Source of the DNA: a virus
Lineage: Duplodnaviria > Caudoviricetes
Strand: one strand, 5' to 3'
DNA: 64,000 nucleotides
IMG/VR virus record: IMGVR_UViG_3300022602_000025
The position numbers and the translations under genes are program-made. Every line of letters starts with the position of its first letter. The stretch's first letter is position 1. Under the pieces are notes generated by a model. It was not told the DNA's origin and ran no database searches. It worked only from the letters and a program-made list of their open reading frames with translations. Shown here piece by piece: positions 1-8,649 of the stretch.

Positions 1-23
1 CTGATATAATGCGTTAAAGTACT

Positions 24-239
24 TCAATCGTGTAGACCTCCAAGTTCGTAGTTAGTGGACTCTACCGGTGGACATGTGTCTGCAAAGCGTAGTGCAAACT
101 CCGTATACGCTAGTGAGTGAGGATCAATCCAAAAGCGAGTACGATTAGCGTGTATTTCACACGTAAGCCCGTAAGACTTAATAAAGCCAAATACATCGGC
201 TAAGTGGGGATCACGATTTAATATGTAGTACTGCAGCAT
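24..239 (-). CDS. hypothetical phage protein (71 aa)
   Basis: ORF track; plausible composition; no recognisable motif. Confidence 0.55.
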   Translation of the reverse strand: MLQYYILNRDPHLADVFGFIKSYGLTCEIHANRTRFWIDPHSLAYTEFALRFADTCPPVESTNYELGGLHD

Positions 240-539
240 ATAGTGAGAAGGCTATTGCGCCAGTAGATACTGTATATAAGCTAGATATTCTTCTAGCGTG
301 TAGTCAGGGTGGGGAATGGGAACATACATAAGGCTTGTATTTACAGACCGGTCTATAGTGCGGGTAAAAATTTGGGCTACAGTAAAAAAAGGGAGTGGAG
401 AACCTAACCCCTGGTGATTTTAATCTAACTGGTGGTGTTTTTAAGGAATAATTTGCATGCCAACTTTTGCAAGCGCAAGCAAGCGGGCGGGAGCACCCCC
501 TGGTGCCCCCATCTGACCACCACCACCTCTATGGTCAAC

Positions 540-857
540 CTACGCTAGAGCCTCATCAATAGGTTTCAGATCAAAGTCGTAACCTTCACCTTCTAGCTCT
601 GAGACTGCTTCGTTGAACAGGCTTTCCCACTCACGCACAGTCGCGGCCCGCTTGATATCCTTGGCTCGCTTGCGCAGTGCTGTGCCCTTTTGATACATCT
701 TAGGATAATGCTCTGCACAGTATACACTGCTTCCCACTAAGCTCTTACAGCCACAGTAGGGTGTAGGCTGTGTACGACTGTGTAGATCGCGTGGGTCATA
801 GTCTGGGCCTAGGTATTGACAGCCTAGGCTGCGTACTATGTATAAGTCCTTGTCCAT
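540..857 (-). CDS. hypothetical protein with Cys/His cluster (possible Zn-binding)
   Basis: YCGC...YCAEH; SD-like GGAG upstream; co-directional with the ATPase. Confidence 0.65.
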   Translation of the reverse strand: MDKDLYIVRSLGCQYLGPDYDPRDLHSRTQPTPYCGCKSLVGSSVYCAEHYPKMYQKGTALRKRAKDIKRAATVREWESLFNEAVSELEGEGYDFDLKPIDEALA

Positions 858-867
858 AAGTATCTCC

Positions 868-1734
868 TTAAGTGCGACGCATACAAGTTGTCTTGGCCAT
901 AGCTTGCCAGTTAAGCGGAAAGCTCTTACGCAAGTCTGCTACCTTGAGTACCATACGCAGGGATAGCTCACGCAGCTTGCTCTTGTTACTATCAATGAAT
1001 GCGATCAGCTCATCCTTGACCACAGGTTCAAACTCATAGTGATCCAGCATGCCACCATCGTTGACTACCTGCTTGATACGCAAGATCTTCTCGCGATCAG
1101 TATCCATCTGTAGATCGATATAGTGACAGCGTGACTCTAGTGCGTCCAAGTGATCACGCAAGCGTTTGCTCTTCACGTGCTCAAACTTGATGTTAGTGAT
1201 AAAGATCGCTGCGCCCTTGAACTCGAATGAGTTAGGCACTCCTTCTGAACGTAGTAGACGGCTGTCAGTGTTCCAAGCGATAGTACGCTTCTTGCTAGAG
1301 TCTAGTGCGCCCTTTAGGATGTTCAGGGAGAGGTCTTCCATAAGGATCGAGTCACAGTCATCAAACACCAGCACGTGGTTTTTGTCTGAGAACTCGTAGA
1401 GCTTTGAGTAGAGTCCAATAGCTGACATAGCACCCTTGACGATCTCATACTTGGGCTTACGCTCGCCTAGTGTATCAAACAGGCCGTCTTTAGATAGCAC
1501 AGCTTCAACACCGTGTGATTTACCTACACCTGGAGGACCTGATACGATCATAGCACGGACATCACCTGACTTCACAGCGCGGGTCATGTCAGTGAGGATA
1601 TCAAAACGCTCTTTGAGACGAGCAAGGATCTCTTCGTCTGACTCTTTGGCTACTTCACGCTCTCTGAGTGCGATAGCTTCTTTGTCAAATTCCAGCACAG
1701 TTACTGCTTTTGATGCTTTTGCTTTAGTTGCCAT
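868..1734 (-). CDS. P-loop NTPase (AAA+-like)
   Basis: Walker A GPPGVGKS, Walker B VLVFDDCD, IFITN sensor-like strand; own sigma70 promoter. Confidence 0.85.
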   Translation of the reverse strand: MATKAKASKAVTVLEFDKEAIALREREVAKESDEEILARLKERFDILTDMTRAVKSGDVRAMIVSGPPGVGKSHGVEAVLSKDGLFDTLGERKPKYEIVKGAMSAIGLYSKLYEFSDKNHVLVFDDCDSILMEDLSLNILKGALDSSKKRTIAWNTDSRLLRSEGVPNSFEFKGAAIFITNIKFEHVKSKRLRDHLDALESRCHYIDLQMDTDREKILRIKQVVNDGGMLDHYEFEPVVKDELIAFIDSNKSKLRELSLRMVLKVADLRKSFPLNWQAMAKTTCMRRT

Positions 1735-1770
1735 TTAGTTGCTTCCTGTAGTGTTTAAATGTGTATTATA

Positions 1771-1995
1771 CTATCGTTTTCGTATGTTGTCAATCAGTTC
1801 TAGGGTTGATTCTTCCACATGATCGCAACCGTCTAGGGTCACAGCTACCATCATGTTGAGCACCACACGGGCATCAGCACGTGATCCCTCGTTGAGGGTT
1901 TCAACGAATCTCAAGACCTGATCACGGCCTTCCATCATCCACAGAACGTCTGCGATCGCACGTTGCCTGCGGGTGAGTCCTTCAATCTTGATCAT
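1771..1995 (-). CDS. hypothetical protein
   Basis: ORF 1771..2007; start moved to MIKIEG just after the upstream stop. Confidence 0.6.
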   Translation of the reverse strand: MIKIEGLTRRQRAIADVLWMMEGRDQVLRFVETLNEGSRADARVVLNMMVAVTLDGCDHVEESTLELIDNIRKR

Positions 1996-1996
1996 A

Positions 1997-2383
1997 TTAT
2001 GCCCCATAGTATACAGCGTCCTGATCAGCAGCTGAGTCTGCGTAGGTGTTCAGTTCAATCATACGCAGATCCAAGTAGTCAAACTCGGGTTCTGCGTAGG
2101 TGATCTCACCCTCATACTCCTGCTGTGATCTTTCAAACTCTGAGAGCCATCCATTGTCTTCCACGTGGACTCCTAGGATGTATTCGCGGCAGTAGTCGTT
2201 TGATCTTTCGATATCACCGCGGACCATATCAACGATCACTTCAGTGTCCACGTTGCGAGGAACATTGGTGATCTTGTAACAGGAGCCGCCCTTCATCTTC
2301 CAGTGCTGAGGGCACTCACCCTCGCCATCCCACGCATGGGCGCCATAGTTCTCCATGTACTGCGTGTCAATTACTAGAATCAT
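1997..2383 (-). CDS. hypothetical phage protein
   Basis: 128 aa, SD AGGAG, promoter directly upstream; TQYMENYGAH..W motif. Confidence 0.7.
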   Translation of the reverse strand: MILVIDTQYMENYGAHAWDGEGECPQHWKMKGGSCYKITNVPRNVDTEVIVDMVRGDIERSNDYCREYILGVHVEDNGWLSEFERSQQEYEGEITYAEPEFDYLDLRMIELNTYADSAADQDAVYYGA

Positions 2384-2430
2384 TCGAGCTCCTGTTTTGT
2401 TAGTGTATGTGTAGTATTATACTACAGGTT

Positions 2431-2751
2431 TTACCGTTTGTCAATACGGATGATTACACCCTGTGGCGTAGAAACAACACCATACCCGTTAGCCTCAAAC
2501 AAGCAGATCACCTGTTTAGCCATAGCATCCTTAGCACGAGCTCCCTCTGCTTTGATAGCGATGAACTTCTTGCGGTAGTTGATGTAGAGTTTTGAGTAAG
2601 AGAACGCTGTGTCTAACAGATCGCGGGCTGTGATAGCCTTACGCTGTTGTTCAATTGAATATGTGCTGCGATTGTTTGAGTTGCGACGCTGTGCATCCAT
2701 AGCTGCTGCAAATGCAAATCCGCCTGCTTCTTTAGTGTCTAGTTCTTTCAT
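2431..2751 (-). CDS. hypothetical protein
   Basis: 106 aa, SD and promoter upstream; ends IDKR* inside the next promoter. Confidence 0.7.
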   Translation of the reverse strand: MKELDTKEAGGFAFAAAMDAQRRNSNNRSTYSIEQQRKAITARDLLDTAFSYSKLYINYRKKFIAIKAEGARAKDAMAKQVICLFEANGYGVVSTPQGVIIRIDKR

Positions 2752-2790
2752 TTCTCGCTCCTGTAGTGTTAGTGTATGTGTAGTATAGCA

Positions 2791-2976
2791 TCAATCTATC
2801 TGTATGTCAACGATTTTACCATCTCTAAAGATGAAATATTCGTTGATAGCACCGTAGTAGGCCCAGATACAGTCGTTGCCCTGGGAGAGTGTGTAATGCT
2901 CTACTCCCCGCTCTTCGTAGTGAGCTGCTACCAGCATGACCTCTAAGGGGTTCAACGTGGGTGCTATCCTGATCAT
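2791..2976 (-). CDS. hypothetical protein
   Basis: ATGA overlap with the upstream stop. Confidence 0.6.
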   Translation of the reverse strand: MIRIAPTLNPLEVMLVAAHYEERGVEHYTLSQGNDCIWAYYGAINEYFIFRDGKIVDIQID

Positions 2977-3230
2977 CCCCAATCCTTCTTATCACCGTAC
3001 TGTTCATTGTAACGGTAACCAGCCATGTACTCAGCCACTGATTCTTCGTCAGTAACCGCTACACGATCCCCTGAATCGCCACCAACACCGCCATAGTGTG
3101 GGTTAGGGCTGCGATCATAGTAACTGTCTGCTGAGCCACGATCATACAAGCTGCCGTGACGATCGCGTACGAACTGGGGTCCCTTCAGGGCGCGGATGAT
3201 CCGCTCTTGTTTTGTGAGTTGTGGATACAT
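2973..3230 (-). CDS. hypothetical phage protein (RGxADSYY motif)
   Basis: start moved to MYPQ after a GGAGG SD; HGSLYDRGSADSYY motif typical of T4-like phage hypotheticals. Confidence 0.7.
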   Translation of the reverse strand: MYPQLTKQERIIRALKGPQFVRDRHGSLYDRGSADSYYDRSPNPHYGGVGGDSGDRVAVTDEESVAEYMAGYRYNEQYGDKKDWG

Positions 3231-3231
3231 A

Positions 3232-3372
3232 TTAACCTCCAAATGCCAACATACCAACGATAAAACCCAACGCAAAGATGCAGGTGTAGCCTACTAGCTT
3301 GTCGCCCTGTTCAGGGGTTGGGACCGGGATTGCTTCAATTAGTTGCTCTAGTTTACGACCGATTAATTCCAT
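3232..3372 (-). CDS. small membrane protein (46 aa)
   Basis: not in ORF track; translated by hand MELIGRK...FALGFIVGMLAFGG; SD AGGAGC and promoter upstream. Confidence 0.65.
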   Translation of the reverse strand: MELIGRKLEQLIEAIPVPTPEQGDKLVGYTCIFALGFIVGMLAFGG

Positions 3373-3431
3373 TTCTGCTCCTAGTGTTTCAGTGTATGTG
3401 TAGTATAGCACAGGTTTTACCGTTTGTCAAC

Positions 3432-3626
3432 CTAAATTAGCATGAAGGGCTGGATCTCTGGGATACCTTCCATGCTTTCGCCCATCTCTTCCGGTGTGTT
3501 GAATGAAGTACTGAACACTGGCATAGCGTCATCTACATCGCCGGCATAGACCATAGCGGGCAGGGCCAACTGCTCAGGTGTTAAGGTTTCAATGAATGCT
3601 TTGAGTTCTTGGTAGGTAATCTGCAT
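3432..3626 (-). CDS. hypothetical acidic protein
   Basis: 64 aa; SD AAGGAGC. Confidence 0.65.
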   Translation of the reverse strand: MQITYQELKAFIETLTPEQLALPAMVYAGDVDDAMPVFSTSFNTPEEMGESMEGIPEIQPFMLI

Positions 3627-3709
3627 ATCTGCTCCTTAGAGTTTAGTGATAATCCAGCATTTGATTGCAAATAGGGCTAGGACTGCGAATGTTGCTCTTT
3701 GGAATTGGA

Positions 3710-3793
3710 TTATTTGCCACGCATAACCTCCATGATATAGTTGACTACAATGAAAAGTACCACGCCAAGCAAAAAGTAATATAAGTGTTCCAT
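3710..3793 (-). CDS. small hydrophobic peptide (27 aa)
   Basis: MEHLYYFLLGVVLFIVVNYIMEVMRGK; SD AGGAGC and promoter upstream. Confidence 0.5.
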   Translation of the reverse strand: MEHLYYFLLGVVLFIVVNYIMEVMRGK

Positions 3794-3883
3794 TTCGTTT
3801 GCTCCTACGTTTTGTTAGTGTAAGTGTAGTATAGCATCAAAGGTAAAACCTGTCAACCCCTAGAGTGTTGTATTTGTGCCACA

Positions 3884-3924
3884 AAAGGTGAACCCCGGAA
3901 TATCTTGCGATAGACCGGGGTTCA
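3884..3924 (-). terminator. intrinsic terminator-like hairpin
   Basis: 10-bp stem TGAACCCCGG/CCGGGGTTCA with inner TATC-GCAA-GATA, followed by CCTTTTGT on the minus strand. Confidence 0.65.
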
Positions 3925-3967
3925 GGGGTTTGCCTGGGACACTACCCCCAGGACTTGGAGCGACTGT

Positions 3968-4240
3968 TTAGAGTGTGATGCCCATTGCGGCAGCTTTGTA
4001 ACCTAAAGCTACGATCTGACGGCTTGGACGACCCAACTCATATTCTGTAACGGTAACGCCATTGCCAGCTTTGCGGCTGTTAGCGTAGACTGCGTAACCA
4101 GCTGCACGAAGACGGCTTGCTTCTGCGCTCAAGTTGCCTACGCCAAAACGCTTCTTAGCTTCTGAAGCTGTTAGCTTCTCACCAGCTTGAAGAGCTGTAA
4201 ATACCTTACCAGTTTTAGTTTCTAAATTGATACGTTTCAT
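3968..4240 (-). CDS. putative winged-helix DNA-binding protein
   Basis: basic 90 aa; LQAGEKLTASEAKKRFGVGNLSAEASRLRAAGYAV has a wHTH-like pattern. Confidence 0.55.
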   Translation of the reverse strand: MKRINLETKTGKVFTALQAGEKLTASEAKKRFGVGNLSAEASRLRAAGYAVYANSRKAGNGVTVTEYELGRPSRQIVALGYKAAAMGITL

Positions 4241-4310
4241 TATTGTTATTTCCTCTATTAGTATTGATGTGTACTCACATCGTAGAACTATTGTAACACA
4301 ATCCTATACC

Positions 4311-4751
4311 CTATGCAAGACCTTTTCTTGCCATTTCTAACTGATGCTGTTTAGCCATGTCCCAAGCACGGTTCAGATTAGGTCCGCCTGAGAGTTTATC
4401 AACTAGGTAATTCCAAATAGGGCTAGACCCTACTACTTCTTCTGCGGGTTCCCACCAGTTGTAATCGATCTTAGGTCCTTCATTGATCGTTCCCGTTTGG
4501 CGTAATCCCGTTTCCTTTAGTCTTACAGCGTGTTTCCACTTGCGTAAGATGATCTGCTCATTGAGGCGCCACTTGGTTAGTGCCCAGTGATCCTCGGGCT
4601 TTTCCCACGATTCTAACCGCTTGATCGCCTCACGAGTTGCATCTAGACGAGCGCCTAGACGCTCTATTTCATACGATGCGTTACCCCAGTCCTTGTAGAA
4701 CTCAGGGGTAATGTACTCAGTTCTTTTCTTTTTTGATCGAAACATTAGCAC
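4311..4751 (-). CDS. hypothetical protein
   Basis: 146 aa ORF; start uncertain. Confidence 0.6.
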   Translation of the reverse strand: MLMFRSKKKRTEYITPEFYKDWGNASYEIERLGARLDATREAIKRLESWEKPEDHWALTKWRLNEQIILRKWKHAVRLKETGLRQTGTINEGPKIDYNWWEPAEEVVGSSPIWNYLVDKLSGGPNLNRAWDMAKQHQLEMARKGLA

Positions 4752-4917
4752 GGAAGAACGCTCCTAGAATAACAACAGCCAACCAAGTGTCGAAGCTGTA
4801 TGCGATTGTATATCCTGTGAACAGGGTGTTCCAGGCCCAGATAGTTGCCAGTGGACCGATCACGATCAACAGCACAACGAAAGCGATGAGACCCAAGATA
4901 GCAATAAGTGATTTCAT
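4717..4917 (-). CDS. small membrane protein
   Basis: two hydrophobic segments; SD AAGGA. Confidence 0.65.
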   Translation of the reverse strand: MKSLIAILGLIAFVVLLIVIGPLATIWAWNTLFTGYTIAYSFDTWLAVVILGAFFRANVSIKKEKN

Positions 4918-4928
4918 AATTTGTTCCT

Positions 4929-4953
4929 TAAAATTGGGGGAACTAGTCCCCCA
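4929..4953 (-). terminator. intrinsic terminator-like hairpin
   Basis: TGGGGGA-CTAGT-TCCCCCA then ATTTT on the minus strand. Confidence 0.5.
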
Positions 4954-4957
4954 GTGA

Positions 4958-5365
4958 TCACATCAACGCTGAACCAACAGCTGCTTCTGCCTTGGCGATC
5001 GCCTCAGCTTCAGTCTGTACAGCTGCTTTCACAGTTGCTTGACCAGTTGCTGTCTTAGCTTTGGCCTGTGGCTTTTCTGCAACAGTCTTTGCCTTAGCTA
5101 CGGGCTTGGCCTTAACAACAGTTACCCCGCGTTTATCAGCGGCAGCTTCCAGTGCGGCTTGTACTTCTTTGTTACCGTTTGCGAAGTCAATGCTCATCAA
5201 ATAGGCAACAGCAGCTTCTTTGGTCATTGGCTCACGAAGCTCAACGATATCGATATCCTTGTGACCATTCTTAGCAAGTACTTTGACACGTAGCGCATCA
5301 TTGCAAAAACGTACCTTGAACTCGCCATTCTGACGTGAAACACCTGCATGTGTAAAAACTGACAT
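4958..5365 (-). CDS. hypothetical protein with Lys/Ala-rich (histone H1-like) C-terminal tail
   Basis: KAKPVAKAKTVAEKPQAKAKTA tail; SD and promoter upstream. Confidence 0.7.
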   Translation of the reverse strand: MSVFTHAGVSRQNGEFKVRFCNDALRVKVLAKNGHKDIDIVELREPMTKEAAVAYLMSIDFANGNKEVQAALEAAADKRGVTVVKAKPVAKAKTVAEKPQAKAKTATGQATVKAAVQTEAEAIAKAEAAVGSALM

Positions 5366-5446
5366 AACTAACTCCTTCTGTGTGTGTAAAAAATCTGTTA
5401 GAAACTTCTCTAACTGTTAATAGTATACTACCAAACTGCTCAAATG

Positions 5447-5605
5447 TCAAGCTGTTTGTTGTGGCTTTTCTGCCACAGTCAATCTAACCCAACCATCGAC
5501 GATCGCTCCCAAAGGTGCGGTGTCAACTCCTTCCCAATCGAGCTCATCGTCTGATAACTCGACTTCGTACTCGGGGTCCTCATAAACAACAGCGAATCTA
5601 CTCAT
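5447..5605 (-). CDS. hypothetical acidic protein (52 aa)
   Basis: not in track; MSRFAVVYEDPEYEVELSDDELDWEG...; stop TGA lies inside a promoter TTGACA. Confidence 0.55.
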   Translation of the reverse strand: MSRFAVVYEDPEYEVELSDDELDWEGVDTAPLGAIVDGWVRLTVAEKPQQTA

Positions 5606-5813
5606 CGTATGCTTCCTCTCCCATTTCAGTTACTTTCTCTTCCACAACGCCAAGATCGACGATGCGGGCTGTCTGCTCTTCATTGCTCACACCCTGGAAG
5701 GCTGTGCGGAATGACTGATTCTCAGCGAGGAAATCAAACACATCCTCACGCTCCCAGTTGTCAGGAACTTCGAGCTCTTGTGTTAAGAGTGTTTCAACTC
5801 GTACTGTTTTCAT
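5598..5813 (-). CDS. hypothetical acidic protein
   Basis: 71 aa; translational coupling with neighbours. Confidence 0.6.
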   Translation of the reverse strand: MKTVRVETLLTQELEVPDNWEREDVFDFLAENQSFRTAFQGVSNEEQTARIVDLGVVEEKVTEMGEEAYDE

Positions 5814-6292
5814 ACAGTCTCCTCCACGTTAACTGTCTTGAGAGCCTCTGTGAGAGGTACAAGACCTTCCTTAATTACGCCAGCTGTTTCATATACAGCG
5901 CCAGCGTACCATACTTCATCCTTCATGATATAGTAGTACTCAGCGCCACAGTTGTGAACCTGATCAAGGAACTCTTCAAATGTGTGTGCTACCTTCCAGC
6001 TAGTGTTTTCTTCGCCACGATCTCGACCGTAGAATGTGCAGGAGTCGCCGTGTTCCGTCTCAAATGCTGCCGCTTGATCTTCTGGGATATCCAGCTTGCT
6101 GAATGCGTGTTCGACCCCAATGTTAGCTCGCAGGCTACTCAAGTCTCCCAGCGCGACCAAGTTGTTGGCCTTTGTGCTATCGTAGTGCTCTTGCAGGATA
6201 GCGCCATTGTGTTCAAGATAGCCGTCCCAGTGACAGTATACAGACTTGACCTTGTCACCGTGCATAACGCCAATTCGTGATCTAGTTCCCAT
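5810..6292 (-). CDS. conserved phage hypothetical protein (MGTRS...YCHWDGY family)
   Basis: start moved to MGTRS after an AGGAGC SD; SVYCHWDGY...G..L..HY and EYYY motifs. Confidence 0.75.
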   Translation of the reverse strand: MGTRSRIGVMHGDKVKSVYCHWDGYLEHNGAILQEHYDSTKANNLVALGDLSSLRANIGVEHAFSKLDIPEDQAAAFETEHGDSCTFYGRDRGEENTSWKVAHTFEEFLDQVHNCGAEYYYIMKDEVWYAGAVYETAGVIKEGLVPLTEALKTVNVEETV

Positions 6293-6368
6293 TTCAGCTC
6301 CTAGTTGTTCAGTGTATGTGTAGTATAACACAAGGGGGCCTAAATGTCAAGCCCCCTGTGTTGCGTTA

Positions 6369-6728
6369 TTACAACGCCTCGTAGTTAGCCAATGCTTCGC
6401 TTGCAGTTGCGTCCAGCATTACCGCATCCAATGCTTTTTGGCGCTCTGCTTTTAGCGTTGCTTTGTAAGCGTCCAACTCTGCTTTCTTTGCTTCCATAGC
6501 AGGCCATACAACATCGTTCGGAGTTAAGTAAGCGTTAGTATTGTCCTCCGTGCCCTCTTTAAGCGTAATCTCGCCTGCTTTAATCGCCGCAAATACTGTG
6601 CCCCATGTAGGGCTCTCAGGGCGTCCAGCAGGGCCATAAAGCTCAGTTGCCTTTGCTTTAATTTTGTCAGCAGTAATCTCGTCCAAACGACGGATAAAGT
6701 AGTTGCGTTGTTCAGTTGTCATTTCCAT
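6369..6728 (-). CDS. hypothetical protein
   Basis: 119 aa; SD and promoter upstream. Confidence 0.7.
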   Translation of the reverse strand: MEMTTEQRNYFIRRLDEITADKIKAKATELYGPAGRPESPTWGTVFAAIKAGEITLKEGTEDNTNAYLTPNDVVWPAMEAKKAELDAYKATLKAERQKALDAVMLDATASEALANYEAL

Positions 6729-6787
6729 TTAAAGCTCCTTTGTGTTAAGTGTTTAAGTGCATAGTATAGCACAGGATTTACCAGTTG

Positions 6788-7003
6788 TCAAGCTCTAATT
6801 AATAACCCTACAAGGTAAATGGTTAATAGTGCACCGTTAATCACTATCAGATTCAGCTCGCGTATACGTACGGCCCATATCAAGTACAACAACGCCCCGA
6901 GATTCAGCAGCACAACGTTTGCTGGATCCAGTTTGAGAGCTGTACATAGAGCCCCTGCTAGTGTAACAGCACAAGCTGTCCACTTTAAAATATTATCTAA
7001 CAA
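6788..7003 (-). CDS. small multi-pass membrane protein
   Basis: three hydrophobic segments; SD GAGGAG; own promoter. Confidence 0.65.
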   Translation of the reverse strand: MLDNILKWTACAVTLAGALCTALKLDPANVVLLNLGALLYLIWAVRIRELNLIVINGALLTIYLVGLLIRA

Positions 7004-7055
7004 GGTACCACTCCTCTCACTGTAGCATATAGTATAGCACAGGTTTTACCAAATG

Positions 7056-7601
7056 TCAAGCCTTTGCGTAAAAAATGTGCTGCCCAATCCGTTGTATTTT
7101 CACAACACTCTTGGCCCAGACTGGCTCTTTGATGTAGTCAGCGTGGTAAAGGATGCTGTCCTTCAGGTTAGCCACGCGATAACCATCGGCTAGCACACTC
7201 CTGGCCACCTCACGGCTCTGAGTCCACAGCGGACCCTTAGGCTGGGCATAACGCTGTTTCTTGTAAAGAGTCCATGAGAACTGACTAGGGGCATACACGA
7301 CCTTACAGATGTTATGACCCCACCGTCCATCGCGCAGCCTATTCAGGGTGACCTGAGCAACAGCGAACTTACCTAGGGTTGGTTCAACTCCTGCTTCGTG
7401 ATAGATGTTCTTGGCCAAGCAGTCTTCATCAGCCTTCGTGTAACTGATACGATCGTTCGTCTTGATGATGTAGGCCTTGATATCCTGAACATCCTCATGG
7501 ACAGACTCGATCTCCATCTGCTGGAAACCAAGAACCGCCACAGCGACGGTTCCGGTTATGATCGTAGTGAGTTTACTCACTGTCGGCCTCCATAGACTCA
7601 T
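7056..7601 (-). CDS. cell wall hydrolase, SleB/Hydrolase_2 family, with N-terminal hydrophobic anchor
   Basis: CLAKNIYHEA, AVAQVTLNR, VVYAPSQFSW, YHADYI, IGQHIFY; start at 7601 or GTG at 7580. Confidence 0.88.
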   Translation of the reverse strand: MSLWRPTVSKLTTIITGTVAVAVLGFQQMEIESVHEDVQDIKAYIIKTNDRISYTKADEDCLAKNIYHEAGVEPTLGKFAVAQVTLNRLRDGRWGHNICKVVYAPSQFSWTLYKKQRYAQPKGPLWTQSREVARSVLADGYRVANLKDSILYHADYIKEPVWAKSVVKIQRIGQHIFYAKA

Positions 7602-8151
7602 ACTCAGCCATAGTCTCTGAAATGCCAAACATCTCGTCAAGCACAGCAGGGATCTCATCAACAACAGCATCACTTGAACCTGGCAACTCGTAGAACTCAT
7701 CGTTACCGTTGTCCCAGATGCCTGCAAAGTTCATGCCTGGCTCGTAGTAATAAGCACGGACCTCAAAGCCTTGCTCAACCAATGCTTCATACACACCAAT
7801 AGGTGGACTCCACGCACTATCAAAGCACAGGGTCGTATTGTCCTGGCCTTCTTCAAGCTCGATCTGATCACCGTCACCACCACAGTCCCACTTGGTGCCC
7901 CACTCATTAACGCAGAAGTCATACCAAGTCTTGTAACCGTGTGTCTCAAGATTACGCTTCTCTTGTGCTTCAAGCTCGATCTGTTTAGGATCATTGTCAT
8001 CACCTACGCGACCAGCCACGATATGAAGATCTGAAGGCACTGGAATAGCATAGGAACAGAACTTACCATCATTGTAAGCCTCAACGAGGGCCTTGAGTTT
8101 AGCAGGATCTTTGTGTGCGATCTCTACTGTGTTATTGCACCAATTTGGCAT
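7573..8151 (-). CDS. DUF1281/YubB (Api92-like) ferredoxin-fold protein
   Basis: MPNWCNN, WYDFCVNEWGTKWD, FDSAWSPP, YYEPGMNFAG. Confidence 0.75.
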   Translation of the reverse strand: MPNWCNNTVEIAHKDPAKLKALVEAYNDGKFCSYAIPVPSDLHIVAGRVGDDNDPKQIELEAQEKRNLETHGYKTWYDFCVNEWGTKWDCGGDGDQIELEEGQDNTTLCFDSAWSPPIGVYEALVEQGFEVRAYYYEPGMNFAGIWDNGNDEFYELPGSSDAVVDEIPAVLDEMFGISETMAEYESMEADSE

Positions 8152-8160
8152 ATCGTCTCC

Positions 8161-8364
8161 TTAAGCAAATACGGGTTTAGAAAGAATCTCGTCCTCTACC
8201 AACTGGTAACAGGCGTTGAGAGTCAGTTGCATGATCAAGTAGGCCTGGGCCTTCTCTTTGGCATTCATTGACTCAACATACTCCTGCAACTCTGGAAGAG
8301 TCTTAGTTGCGAACAATCCACTGCGTGGGATTGGGTTTTGGACTGCATCATAGATACCGCTCAT
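8161..8364 (-). CDS. hypothetical protein
   Basis: 67 aa; SD and promoter upstream. Confidence 0.65.
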   Translation of the reverse strand: MSGIYDAVQNPIPRSGLFATKTLPELQEYVESMNAKEKAQAYLIMQLTLNACYQLVEDEILSKPVFA

Positions 8365-8649
8365 TTTCTGCTCCTTTTCGTTTAGTGTATGTGTATATTA
8401 TAGCACAGGTTTTACCATTTGTCAACCGTGGGTGACTTCAGTGTTTTTCAGGGCCTCGTGACGCATGACGTAGAAGCGGAACAACAAGTTAGGATCTACA
8501 CGGATATCACCATCCTCGCTATTGTCGTCTAGATCTGCCCCTAGAAGGATTTCAATGGCCAACTCGCCGAGTTCTTGTCTAGTCATTTTCTGCTCCTTTT
8601 CGTTTAGTGTATGTGTATATTATAGCACAGGTTTTACCACTTGTCAACC
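8361..8649. repeat. 67-bp direct repeat (1 mismatch) covering promoter, leader, SD and ATG, flanking one small gene
   Basis: 8361-8427 vs 8583-8649 differ at one position (T/C). Confidence 0.95.
8422..8586 (-). CDS. hypothetical protein (54 aa)
   Basis: not in track; MTRQELGELAIEILLGADLDD...; SD AGGAGC; stop TGA inside TTGACA. Confidence 0.65.
   Translation of the reverse strand: MTRQELGELAIEILLGADLDDNSEDGDIRVDPNLLFRFYVMRHEALKNTEVTHG

Noticed and set aside
510-538. Another early promoter at the end of ORF 540
   Set aside because: TTGACC is present but there is no acceptable -10 at 16-18 nt
3643-3720. 25-aa GTG-start ORF (MANNPIPKS...)
   Set aside because: Too short and without motif; cannot be told from chance
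5609-6280. 223-aa plus-strand ORF and the many other antisense ORFs in the track (e.g. 1436, 10118, 10779, 54577)
   Set aside because: Shadows of better-supported opposite-strand genes that have SD, promoter and motifs
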